A DNA stretch of 64,000 nt from Eledone cirrhosa (taxonomy: Eukaryota): positions 15,748,001 through 15,812,000 of the forward strand of contig OZ024742.1 in assembly GCA_964016885.1 (NCBI GenBank), read 5' to 3'. Under the pieces are notes generated by a model. It was not told the origin of the DNA. It worked only from the letters and a program-made list of their open reading frames with translations, and did no database searches. Made by a program: the position numbers and the translations under genes. This document shows, one piece after another, positions 13,100 to 25,700 of the stretch; the first letter of the stretch is position 1, and each line of letters opens with the position of its first letter.

Positions 13100-16000
13100 C
13101 CTCAGAGTAAAGTGTGATTATTAAAGAACCTCAGAGGAAAAGTGTGATTATTAAAGAACCTCAGAGTAAAGTGTGATTATTAAAGAACCCCAGAGTAAAG
13201 TGTCATTATTAAGGAACCTCAGAGTAAAGTGTGATTATTAAAGAACCACAGAGTAAAGTGTGATTATTAAAGAACCACAGAGTAAAGTGTGATTATTAAA
13301 GAACCACAGAGTAAAGTGTGATTATTAAAGAACCTCAGAGTAAAGTGTGATTATTAAAGAACCACAGAGTAAAGTGTTATTATTAAAGAACCACAGAGTA
13401 AAGTGTGATTATTAAAGAACCTCAGAGTAAAGTGTGATTATTAAAGAACCACAGAGTAAAGTGTGATTATTAAAGAACCACAGAGTAAAGTGTGATTATT
13501 AAAGTACCACAGAGTACAGTGTAATTATTAAAGAACCTCAGTGTCATGTGTGATTATTAAAGAACCTCAGAGTAAAGTGTGATTATTAAAGAACCACAGA
13601 GTAAAGTGTTATTATTAAAGAACCACAGAGAAATGTGAGATTATTAAAGACCCACAGAGTAAAGGGTGATTATTAAAGAACCTCAGAGCAAAGTGTGATT
13701 ATTAAAGAACCTCAGAGTAAAGTGTGATTATTAAAGAACCTCAGAGTAATGTGTGATTATTAAAGAACCACCGAGTAGAGTGTGATTATTAAAGAACCTC
13801 AGAGTAAAGTGTTGATTATTAAAGAACCTCAGAGTAAAGTGTGATTATTAAAGAACCTCAGAGTAAAGTGTGACTATTAAAGAACCACAGAGTAAAGTGT
13901 GATTATTAAAGAACCTCAGAGTAAAGTGTGATTATTAAAGAACCTCAGAGGAAAAGTGTGATTATTAAAGAACCTCAGAGTAAAGTGTGATTATTAAAGA
14001 ACCCCAGAGTAAAGTGTGATTATTAAGGAACCTCAGAGTAAAGTGTGATTATTAAAGAACCACAGAGTAAAGTGTGATTATTAAGGAACCTCAGAGTAAA
14101 GTGTGATTATTAAAGAACCTCAGAGTAAAGTATGATTATTAAAGAACCACAGAGAAATGTGTGATTATTAAAGAACCACAGAGAAAAGTGTGATTATTAA
14201 AGAACCACAGAGAAATGTGTGATTATTAAAGAACCTCAGAGAAAAGTGTGATTATTAAAGAACCACAGAGTAAAGTATGATTATTAAAGAACCACAGAGA
14301 AATGTGTGATTATTAAAGAACCACAGAGAAAAGTGTGATTATTAAAGAACCACAGAGTAAAGTGTGATTATTAAAGAACCTCAGAGAAAAGTGTAATTAT
14401 AAAAGAACCTCAGTGTCATGTGTGATTATTAAAGAACCACAGAGTAAAGTGTGATTATTAAAGAACCTCAGAGAAAAGTGTGATTATTAAAGAACCAAAG
14501 ATTAAAGTGTGATTATTAAAGAACCACAGAGTACAGTGTGATTATTAAAGAACCTCAGAGTAAAGTGTGATTATTAAAGAACCTCAGAGTAAATTGTGAT
14601 TATTAAAGAACCACAGAGAAAAGTGTGATTATTAAATAAGCTCAGAGAAAAGTGTGATTATTAAAGAACCTCAGAGAAAAGTGTGATTATTAAAGAACCT
14701 CAGAGTAAAGTGTTATTATTAAAGAACCTCAGAAAAAACTGTGATTATTAAAGAACCTCAGAGTAAAGTGTGATTATTAAAGAACCTCAGAGTAAAGTGT
14801 GATTTTTAAAGAATCTCAGAGTAAAGTGTGATTATTAAACAACCACAGAGAAAAGTGTGATTTTTAAAGAACCTCAGAGTAAAGTGTGATTGTTAAAGAA
14901 TCTCAGAGTAAAGTGTGATTATTAAAGAACCTCAGAGAAAAGTGTAATTATTAAAGAACCTCAGTGTCATGTGTGATTATTAAAGAACCACAGAGTAAAG
15001 TGTGATTATTAAAGAACCTCAGAGTAAAGTGTGATTATTAAAGAACCACGGAGTAAAGTGTTATTATTAAAGAACCACAGAGAAATGTGAGATTATTAAA
15101 GACCCACAGAGTAAAGGGTGATTATTAAAGAACCTCAGAGCAAAGTGTGATTATTAAAGAACCTCAGAGTAATGTGTGATTATTAACGAACCTCAGAGTA
15201 AAGTGTGATTATTAAAGAACCACAGAGTAAAGTGTGATTATTAAAGAACCTCAGAGTAAAGTGTTGATTATTAAAGAACCTCAGAGTAAAGTGTGATTAT
15301 TAGAGAACCTCAGAGTAAAGTGTGATTATTAAAGAACCACAGAGTAAAGTGTGATTATTAAAGAACCACAGAGAAATGTGTGATTTTTAAAGAACCACAG
15401 AGTAAAGAGAGATTATTAAAGAACCTCAGAGTAAAGTGTGATTATTAAAGAACCTCAGAGTAAAGTGTGATTATTAAAGAACCAGTGTCATGTGCGATTA
15501 TTAAAGAACCACAGAGTAAAGTGTGATTATTAAAGAACCTCAGAGTAAAGTGTGATTATTAAAGAACCTCAGAGTAAAGTGTGATTAGTAAAGAACCTCA
15601 GAGTTAAGTGTGATTATTAAAGAAACTCAGGGTAAAGTGTGATTATTAAAGAACCTCAGAGGAAAAGTGTGATTATTAAAGAACCTCAGAGTAAAGTGTG
15701 ATTATTAAAGAACCCCAGAGTAAAGTGTCATTATTAAGGAACCTCAGAGTAAAGTGTGATTATTAAAGAACCACAGAGTAAAGTGTGATTATTAAAGAAC
15801 CACAGAGAAATGTGTGATTATTAAAGAACCACAGAGTAAAGTGTGATTATTAAAGAACCTCAGAGTTAAGTGTGATTATTAAAGAACCTCAGAGTAAAGT
15901 GTGATTATTAAAGAACCATAGAGTACAGTGTGATTATTAAAGAACCTCAGAGTAAAGTGTGATTATTAAAGAACCTCAGAGTTAAGTGTGATTATTACAG

Positions 16001-17275
16001 AACCTCAGAGTAAAGTGTGATTATTAAAGAACCATAGAGTACAGTGTGATTATTAAAGAACCTCAGAGTAAAGAGTGATTATTAAAGAACCTCAGAGTAA
16101 AGTGTGATTATTAAAGAACCTCAGAGAAAAGTGTGATTATTAAAGAACTTCAGAAAAATGTGTGATTATTAACGAACCTCAGAGTAAAGTGTGATTATTA
16201 AAGAACCTCAGAGTACAGTGTGATCATTAAAGAACTTCAGAGAAAAGTGTGATTATTAAAGAACTTCAGAGAAAAGTGTGATTATTAAAGAACCTCAGAG
16301 TTAAGTGTGATTATTAAAAAACCTCAGAGAAAAGTGTGATTATTAAAGAACCTCAGAGTAAAGTGTGATTATTAAAGAACCTCAGAGTAAAGTGTGATTA
16401 TTAAAGAACCACAGAGAAATGTGTGATTATTAAAGAACCACAGAGTAAAGTGTGATTATTAAAGAACCTCAGAGTAAAGTGTGATTATTAAAGAACCTCA
16501 GAGTAAAGTGTGATAATTAAAGTACCACAGAGTACAGTGTGATTATTAAAGAACCTCAGAGCAAAGTGTGATTATTAAAGAACCTCAGTGTCATGTGTGA
16601 TTATTAAAGAACCACAGAGTAAAGTGTGATTATTAAAGAACCTCAGAGCAAAGTGTGATTATTAAAGAACCTCAGTGTCATGTGTGATTATTAAAGAACC
16701 ACAGAGTAAAGTGTGATTATTAAAGAACCTCAGAGTAAAGTGTGATTATTAAAGAATCTCAGAGTAAAGTGTGATTATTAAAGAACTTCAGACTAAAGTG
16801 TGATTATTAAAGAACCTCAGAGCAAAGTGTGATTATTAAAGAACCTCAGAGTAAAGTGTGATTATTAAAGAACCTCAGACTAAAGTGTGATTATTAAAGA
16901 ACCTCAGAGCAAAGTGTGATTATTAAAGAACCTCAGAGTAAAGTGTGATTATTAAAGAACCACAGAGAAATGTGTGATTATTAACGAACCACAGAGTAAA
17001 GTGTGATTATTAAAGAACCTAAGAGTAAAGTGTGATTATTAAAGAACCACAGAGAAAAGTGTGATTATTAAAGAACCACAGAGTAAAGTGTGATTAATAA
17101 AGAACCACAGAGAAAACTTTATTTATTTAAGAACTACAGAATAATGTGTGATTATTAAAGAACCTCAGAGTAAAGTGTGATTATTAAAGAACCTCAGTGT
17201 CATGTGTGATTATTAAAGAACCACAGAGCAAAGTTTGATTATTAAAGAACCTCAGAGTAAAGTGTGATTATTAAA
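13100..17275. repeat. Long-range copy of SatA block ~2950-7060 (offset 10215 bp; 10157 upstream of a 2-monomer insertion)
   Basis: Rare variants recur at +10215: 4524/14739, 5411/15626, 5783/15998, 6902/17117. Others recur at +10157: 3047/13204, 3611/13768. Confidence 0.92.
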
Positions 17276-18330
17276 GAACCTCAGTGTAAAGTGTGATTAT
17301 TAAAGAACCTCAGTGTAAAGTGTGATTATTAAAGAACCTCAGTGTCATGTGTGATTATTAAAGAACCTCAGAGCAAAGTTTGATTATTAAAGAACATCAG
17401 AGTAAAGTGTGATTATTAAAGAACCTCAGTGTCATGTGTGATTATTAAAGAACCACAGAGTAAAGTGTGATTATTAAAGAACCACAGAGTAAAGTGTGAT
17501 TATTACAGAACCACAGAGTAAAGTGTGATTATTAGAGAACCTCAGAGCAAAGTGGGATTATTAAAGAACCTCAGAGTAAAGTGTGATTATTAAGGAACCT
17601 CAGAGTAAAGTGTGATTATTAAAGAATCTCAGCGTAAAGTGTGATTATTAAAGAACATCAGTGTCATGTGTGATTATTAAAGAACTTCAGAGCAAAGTGT
17701 GATTATTAAAGGACCACATAGTAAAGTGCGATTATTAAAGAACCTCAGAGTTAAGTGTGATTATTAAAGAACCTCAGAGTTAAGTGCGATTATTAAAGAA
17801 CCTCAGAGTAAAGTGTTACTATTAAAGAATCTCAGAGCAAAGTGTGATTATTAAAGAACCTCAGAGTAAAGTGTGATTATTAAAGAACCACAGAGAAATG
17901 TGTGATTATTAAAGAACCTCAGAGAAATGTGTGATTATTAAAGAACCTCTGAGTAAAGTGTGATTATTAAAGAACCTCAGAGTAAAGTGTGATTATTAAA
18001 GAACCACTGAGTAAAGTGTGATTATTAAAGAACCTCAGAGTTAAGTGTAATTATTAAAGAACCACAGAGAAATGTGTGATTATTAAAGAACCTCAGAGTA
18101 AAGTGTGATTATTAAAGAACCTCAGAGTAAAGTGTGATAATTAAAGAACCACAGAGTAAAGTGTGATTATTAAAGAACCACAGATAAATGTGTGATTATT
18201 AAAGAACCTCAGAGTAAAGTGTGATTATTAAAGAACCTCAGAGTAAAGTGTGATTATTAAAGAACCTCAGAGAAAAGTGTGATTATTAAAGAACCTCAGA
18301 GTTAAATGTGATTATTAAAGAACTTCAGAG

Positions 18331-18360
18331 AAAAGTGCGATTATTTGTGTGAGATATTGT
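18331..18360. other. Direct SatA/SatB junction with a 3-bp overlap (ATT, 18343-18345)
   Basis: The sequence reads AAAAGTGCGATT-ATT-TGTGTGAGATATTGT. The ATT fits both the SatA tail (GATTATT) and the SatB head (ATTTGTG). No intervening sequence is present. Confidence 0.95.
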
Positions 18361-19799
18361 TTAGTACACAGTAGAAAATTTAGGTTTGGAGTTGTGTGAG
18401 ATATTGTTTAGTACACAGTAGAGACTTTAGTTTTGGATTTGTGTGAGATATTGTTTAGTATACAGCAGAGACTTTAGGGTTGGATTTGTGTGAGATATTG
18501 TTTAGTATACAGTAGAGAATTTAGGTTTTGATTTGTGTGAGATATTGTTTAGTATACACTAGAGACTTTAGATTTGGATTTGTGTGAGATATTGTTTAGT
18601 ATACAGTAGAGACTTTAGGTTTGGATTTGTGTGAGATATTGCTTAGTACACAGTAGAGACTTTAGGTTTGGATTTGTGTGAGATATTGTTTAGTATACAG
18701 TAGAGACTTTAGGTTTGGATTTGTGTGAGATATTGTTTAGTATACAGTAGAGACTTTAGGTTTGGATTTGTGTGAGATATTGTTTAGTATACAGTAGAGA
18801 CTTTCGGTTTGGATTTGTGTGAGATATTGTTTAGTACACAGTAGAGACTTTAGGTTTGGATTTGTGTGAGATATTGTTTAGTATACAGTAGATACTTTAG
18901 GTTTGGATTTGTGTGAGATATTGTTTAGTATACAGTAGACCAGCTAGGTTTGGATTTGTGTGAGATATTGTTTAGTATACAGTAGAGACTTTAGGTTTCG
19001 ATTTGTGTGAGATATTGTTTAGTACACAGTAGAAAATTTAGGTTTGGATTTGTGTGAGATATTGTTTAGTATACAGTAGAGACATTAGTTTTGGATTTGT
19101 GTGAGATATTGTTTAGTATACAGCAGAGACTTTAGGGTTGGATTTGTGTGAGATATTGTTTAGTATACAGTAGAGACTTTAGGTTTTGATTTGTGTGAGA
19201 CATTGTTTAGTATACAGTAGAGACTTTAGGTGTGGATTTGTGTGAGATATTGTTTAGTATACAGTAAAGACTTTCGGTTTGGATTTGTGTGAGATATTGT
19301 TTAGTATACAGTAGAGACTTTAGGTTTGGATTTGTGTGAGATATTGTTTAGTATATAGTAGAGACTTTAGGTTTGGATTTGTGTGAGATATTGTTTAGTA
19401 TACAGTAGAGACTTTAGGTTTGGATTTGTGTGAGATATTGTTTTGTATACAGTAGAGACTTTAGGTTTGGATTTGTGTGAGATATTGTTTAGTATACAGT
19501 AGAGACTTGACATCTGGATTTGTGTGAGATGTTGTTTAGTATACAGTAGAGACTATAGATTTGGATTTGTGTGAGATATTGTTTAGTATACAGTAGAGAC
19601 TATAGGATTGGATTTGTGTGAGATAATGTTTAGTATACAGTAGAGACATTAGGTTTGGATTTGTGTGAGATATTGTTTAGTATACAGTAGAGACGTTAGG
19701 TTTGGATTTGTGTGAGATATTGTTTAGTATACAGTAGAGACTTTAGGTTTGGATTTGTGTGAGATATTGTTTAGTATACAGTAGAGACTTTAGGTTTGG

Positions 19800-22700
19800 A
19801 TTTGTGTGAGATATTGTTTAGTACACAGTAGAGACTATAGGTTTGGATTTGTGTGAGATATTGTTTAGTATACAGTAAAGACTTTAGGTTTGCATTTGTG
19901 TGGGATATTGTTTAGTACACATTAGAGACTTTAGGTTTGGATTTGTGTAAGATATTGATTAGTATACAGTCGAGACTTTAGATTTGGATTTGTGTGAGAT
20001 ATTGTTTAGTACACAGTAGAGACTTTAGGTTTGAATTTGTGTAAGATATTGATTAGTATACAGTAGAGACTTTAGGTTTGGATTTGTGTGAGATATTGTT
20101 TAGTACACAGTAGAGACTTTAGGTTTGGATTTGTGTAAGATATTGATTAGTATACAGTAGAGACTTTAGGTTTGGATTTGTGTGAGATATTGTTTAGTAC
20201 ACAGTAGAGATTTATGTTTGGATTTGTGTAAGATATTGTTTAGTATACAGTAGAGACTTTAGGTTTGGATTTGTGTGAGATATTGTTTAGTACACAGTAG
20301 AGACTTTAGCTTTGGATTTGTGTGAGATATTGTTTAGTATACAGTAGAGACTTTAGGTTTGGATTTGTGTGAGATATTGTTTAGTATACAGTAGAGACTT
20401 TAGGTTTGGATTTGTGTGAGATATTGTTTAGTATACAGTAGATAATTTAGATTTGGATTTGTGTGATATTGTTTAGTATACAGTAGACAATTTAGGTTTG
20501 GATTTGTGTGAGATATTGTTTAGTACACAGTACAGGTTTAGGTTTGGATTTGTGAGATATTGTTTAGTACACAGTAGAGACTTTAGGTTTGGATTTGTGT
20601 GAGATATTGTTTAGTACACAGTAGAGACTTTAGATTTGGATTTGTGTGAGATATTGTTTAGTACACAGTAGAGACTTTAGGTTTGGATGTGTGTGAGATA
20701 TTGTTTAGTACACAGTAGAGACTTTAGGTTTGGATTTGTGTAAGATATTGTTTAATACACAGTAGAGACTTTAGCTTTGGATTTGTGTGAGATATTGTTT
20801 AGTATACAGTAGAGACCTTAGGTTTGGATTTGTGTGAGATATTGTTCAGTATACAGTAGATACTTTAGGTTTGGATTTGTGTGAGATATTGTTTAGTATA
20901 CAGTAGAGACTTCAGGTTTGGATTTTTGTGAGATATTGTTTAGTACATAGTAGAGACTTTAGGTTTGGATTTGTGTGAGATATTGTTTAGTATACAGTAG
21001 AGACTTTAGGTTTGGATTTGTGTGAGATATTGTTTAGTATACAGTAGAGACTTTAGGTTTGGATTTGTGTAAGATATTGTTTAGTACACAGTAGAGACTT
21101 TAGGTTTGTATGTGTGTGAGATATTGTTTAGTACACAGTAGAGACTTTAGGTTTGGATTTGTGTAAGATATTGTTTAATACACAGTAGAGACTTTAGCTT
21201 TGGATTTGTGTGAGATATTGTTTAGTACACAGTAGAGACTTTAGGTTTGGATTTGTGTGAGATATTGTTTAGTATACAGTAGAAACTTTAGGTTTGGATT
21301 TGTGTGAGATATTGTTTAGTACACAGTAGAGACTATAGGTTTGGATTTGTGTGAGATATTGTTTAGTATACAGTAGAGACTTTAGGTTTGCATTTGTGTG
21401 GGATATTGTTTAGTACACATTAGAGACTTTAGGTTTGGATTTGTGTAAGATATTGATTAGTATACAGTAGAGACTTTAGGTTTGGATTTGTGTGAGATAT
21501 TGTTTAGTACACAGTAGAGACTTTAGGTTTGGATTTGTGTAAGATATTGATTAGTATACAGTAGAGACTTTAGGTTTGGATTTGTGTGAGATATTGTTTA
21601 GTACACAGTAGAGACTTTAGGTTTGGATTTGTGTAAGATATTGATTAGTATACAGTAGAGACTTTAGGTTTGGATTTGTGTGAGATATTGTTTAGTACAC
21701 AGTAGAGATTTATGTTTGGATTTGTGTAAGATATTGTTTAGTATACAGTAGAGACTTTAGGTTTGGATTTGTGTGAGATATCGTTTAGTACACAGTAGAG
21801 ACCTTAGCTTTGGATTTGTGTGAGATATTGTTTAGTATACAGTAGAGACATTAGGTTTGGATTTGTGTGAGATATTGTTTAGTATACAGTAGAGACTTTA
21901 GGTTTGGGTTTGTGTAAGATATTGGTTAGTACACAGTAGAGATTTTAGGTTTGGATTTGTGTGAGATATTGTTTAGTACACAGTAGAGACTTTAGGTTTG
22001 GATTTGTGTGAGATATTGTTTAGTATACAGTAGATAATTTAGATTTGGATTTGTGTGATATTGTTTAGTATACAGTAGACAATTTAGGTTTGGATTTGTG
22101 TGAGATATTGTTTAGTACACAGTAGAGGTTTAGGTTTGGATTTGTGAGATATTGTTTAGTACACAGTAGAGACTTTAGGTTTGGATTTGTGTAAGATTGT
22201 TTAGTACACAGTCGAGACTTTAGATTTGGATTTGTGTGAGATATTGTTTAGTACACAGTAGAGACTTTAGGTTTGGATTTGTGTGAGATATTGTTTAGTA
22301 TACAGTAGAGACTTTAGGTTTGGATTTGTGTGAGATATAGTTTAGTACACAGTAGAGACTTTATGTTTGGATTTGTTTGAGATATTGTTTAGTATACAGT
22401 AGAGACCTTAGGTTTGGATTTGTGTGAGATATTGTTCAGTATACAGTAGAGACTTTAGGTTTGGATTTGTGTGAGATATTGTTTAGTATACAGTAGAGAC
22501 TTCAGGTTTGGATTTGTGTGAGATATTGTTTAGTATATAGTAGAGACTTTAGGTTTGGATTTGTGTGAGATATTGTTTAGTATACAGTAGAGACTTTAGG
22601 TTTGGATTTGTGTGAGATATTGTTTAGTATACAGTAGAGTCTTTAGGTTTGGATGTGTGTGAGATATTGTTTAGTACACAGTAGAGACTTTAGGTTTTGA

Positions 22701-25700
22701 TTTGTGTCAGATATTGTTTCATACACAGTAGAGACTTTAGCTTTGGATTTGTGTGAGATATTGTTTAGTACACAGTAGAGACTTTAGGTTTGGATTTGTG
22801 TGAGATATTGTTTAGTATACAGTAGAAACTTTAGATTTGGATTTGTGTGAGATATTGTTTAGTACACAGTAGAGACTATAGGTTTGGATTTGTGTGAGAT
22901 ATTGTTTAGTATACAGTATAGACTTTAGGTTTGCATTTGTGTGGGATATTGTTTAGTACACATTAGAGACTTTAGGTTTGGATTTGTGTAAGATATTGAT
23001 TAGTATACAGTAGAGACTTTAGGTTTGGATTTGTGTGAGATATTGTTTAGTACACAGTAGAGACTTTAGGTTTGGATTTGTGTAAGATATTGATTAGTAT
23101 ACAGTAGAGACTTTAGGTTTGGATTTGTGTGAGATATTGTTTAGTACACAGTAGAGACTTTAGCTTTGGATTTGTGTAAGATATTGTTTAGTATACAGTA
23201 GAGACTTTAGGTTTGGATTTGTGTGAGATATTGTTTAGTACACAGTAGAGACTTTAGCTTTGGATTTGTGTGAGATATTGTTTAGTATACAGTAGAGACT
23301 TTAGGTTTGGATTTGTGTGAGATATTGTTTAGTATACAGTAGAGACTTTAGGTTTGGATTTGTGTGAGATATTGTTTAGTATACAGTAGATAATTTAGAT
23401 TTGGATTTGTGTGATATTGTTTAGTATACAGTAGACAATTTAGGTTTGGATTTGTGTGAGATATTGTTTAGTACACAGTACAGGTTTAGGTTTGGATTTG
23501 TGAGATATTGTTTAGTACACAGTAGAGACTTTAGGTTTGGATTTGTGTGAGATATTGTTTAGTACACAGTAGAGACTTTAGATTTGGATTTGTGTGAGAT
23601 ATTGTTTAGTACACAGTAGAGACTTTAGGTTTGGATTTGTGTGAGATATTGTTTAGTATACAGTAGAGACTTTAGGTTTGGATTTGTGTGAGATATAGTT
23701 TAGTACACAGTAGAGACTTTAGGTTTGGATGTGTGTGAGATATTGTTTAGTACACAGTAGAGACTTTAGGTTTGGATTTGTGTAAGATATTGTTTAATAC
23801 ACAGTAGAGACTTTAGGTTTGGATTTGTGTGAGATATTGTTTAGTATACAGTAGAGACTTTAGGTTTGGATTTGTGTGAGATATTGTTTAGTATACAGTA
23901 GTGTCTTTAGGTTTGGATGTGTGTGAGATATTGTTTAGTACACAGTAGAGACTTTAGGTTTTGATTTGTGTCAGATATTGTTTCATACACAGTAGAGACT
24001 TTAGCTTTGGATTTGTGTGAGATATTGTTTAGTACACAGTAGAGACTTTAGGTTTGGATTTGTGTGAGATATTGTTTAGTATACAGTAGAAACTTTAGAT
24101 TTGGATTTGTGTGAGATATTGTTTAGTACACAGTAGAGACTATAGGTTTGGATTTGTGTGAGATATTGTTTAGTATACAGTATAGACTTTAGGTTTGCAT
24201 TTGTGTGGGATATTGTTTAGTACACATTAGAGACTTTAGGTTTGGATTTGTGTAAGATATTGATTAGTATACAGTAGAGACTTTAGGTTTGGATTTGTGT
24301 GAGATATTGTTTAGTACACAGTAGAGACTTTAGGTTTGGATTTGTGTAAGATATTGATTAGTATACAGTAGAGACTTTAGGTTTGGATTTGTGTGAGATA
24401 TTGTTTAGTACACAGTAGAGATTTATGTTTGGATTTGTGTAAGATATTGTTTAGTATACAGTAGAGACTTTAGGTTTGGATTTGTGTGAGATATTGTTTA
24501 GTACACAGTAGAGACTTTAGCTTTGGATTTGTGTGAGATATTGTTTAGTATACAGTAGAGACTTTAGGTTTGGATTTGTGTGAGATATTGTTTAGTATAC
24601 AGTAGAGACTTTAGGTTTGGATTTGTGTGAGATATTGTTTAGTATACAGTAGATAATTTAGATTTGGATTTGTGTGATATTGTTTAGTATACAGTAGACA
24701 ATTTAGGTTTGGATTTGTGTGAGATATTGTTTAGTACACAGTACAGGTTTAGGTTTGGATTTGTGAGATATTGTTTAGTACACAGTAGAGACTTTAGGTT
24801 TGGATTTGTGTGAGATATTGTTTAGTACACAGTAGAGACTTTAGATTTGGATTTGTGTGAGATATTGTTTAGTACACAGTAGAGACTTTAGGTTTGGATT
24901 TGTGTGAGATATTGTTTAGTATACAGTAGAGACTTTAGGTTTGGATTTGTGTGAGATATAGTTTAGTACACAGTAGAGACTTTAGGTTTGGATGTGTGTG
25001 AGATATTGTTTAGTACACAGTAGAGACTTTAGGTTTGGATTTGTGTAAGATATTGTTTAATACACAGTAGAGACTTTAGCTTTGGATTTGTGTGAGATAT
25101 TGTTTAGTATACAGTAGAGACCTTAGGTTTGGATTTGTGTGAGATATTGTTCAGTATACAGTAGATACTTTAGGTTTGGATTTGTGTGAGATATTGTTTA
25201 GTATACAGTAGAGACTTCAGGTTTGGATTTGTGTGAGATATTGTTTAGTATATAGTAGAGACTTTAGGTTTGGATTTGTGTGAGATATTGTTTAGTATAC
25301 AGTAGAGACTTTAGGTTTGGATTTGTGTGAGATATTGTTTAGTATACAGTAGAGACTTTAGGTTTGGATTTGTGTAAGATATTGTTTAATACACAGTAGA
25401 GACTTTAGCTTTGGATTTGTGTGAGATATTGTTTAGTACACAGTAGAGACTTTAGGTTTGGATTTGTGTGAGATATTGTTTAGTATACAGTAGAAACTTT
25501 AGGTTTGGATTTGTGTGAGATATTGTTTAGTACACAGTAGAGACTATAGGTTTGGATTTGTGTGAGATATTGTTTAGTATACAGTAGAGACTTTAGGTTT
25601 GCATTTGTGTGGGATATTGTTTAGTACACATTAGAGACTTTAGGTTTGGATTTGTGTAAGATATTGATTAGTATACAGTAGAGACTTTAGGTTTGGATTT

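Larger units (their letters stand above)
1..18345. repeat. SatA: 29-bp tandem satellite array (~630 copies), consensus GAACC[T/A]CAGAGTAAAGTGTGATTATTAAA; runs off the left edge of the window
   Basis: Uninterrupted head-to-tail 29-bp units read directly. There is a frequent CCTCAG/CCACAG dimorphism and occasional 30-bp (GAGGAAAAG, GTGTTGATT) or shorter units. Consensus composition is A12 T8 G6 C3 with no CpG. Confidence 0.99.

Noticed and set aside
1-18345. CRISPR array (29-bp repeat length is CRISPR-like)
   Set aside because: Repeats are directly head-to-tail with no unique spacers, leader or cas genes.
1-18345. Promoter or CRP-like sites (TGTGA, TATTAA) and an information-bearing code in the T/A dimorphism
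   Set aside because: There is no gene context. The motifs are by-products of the monomer, and the variant order is explained by duplication history.
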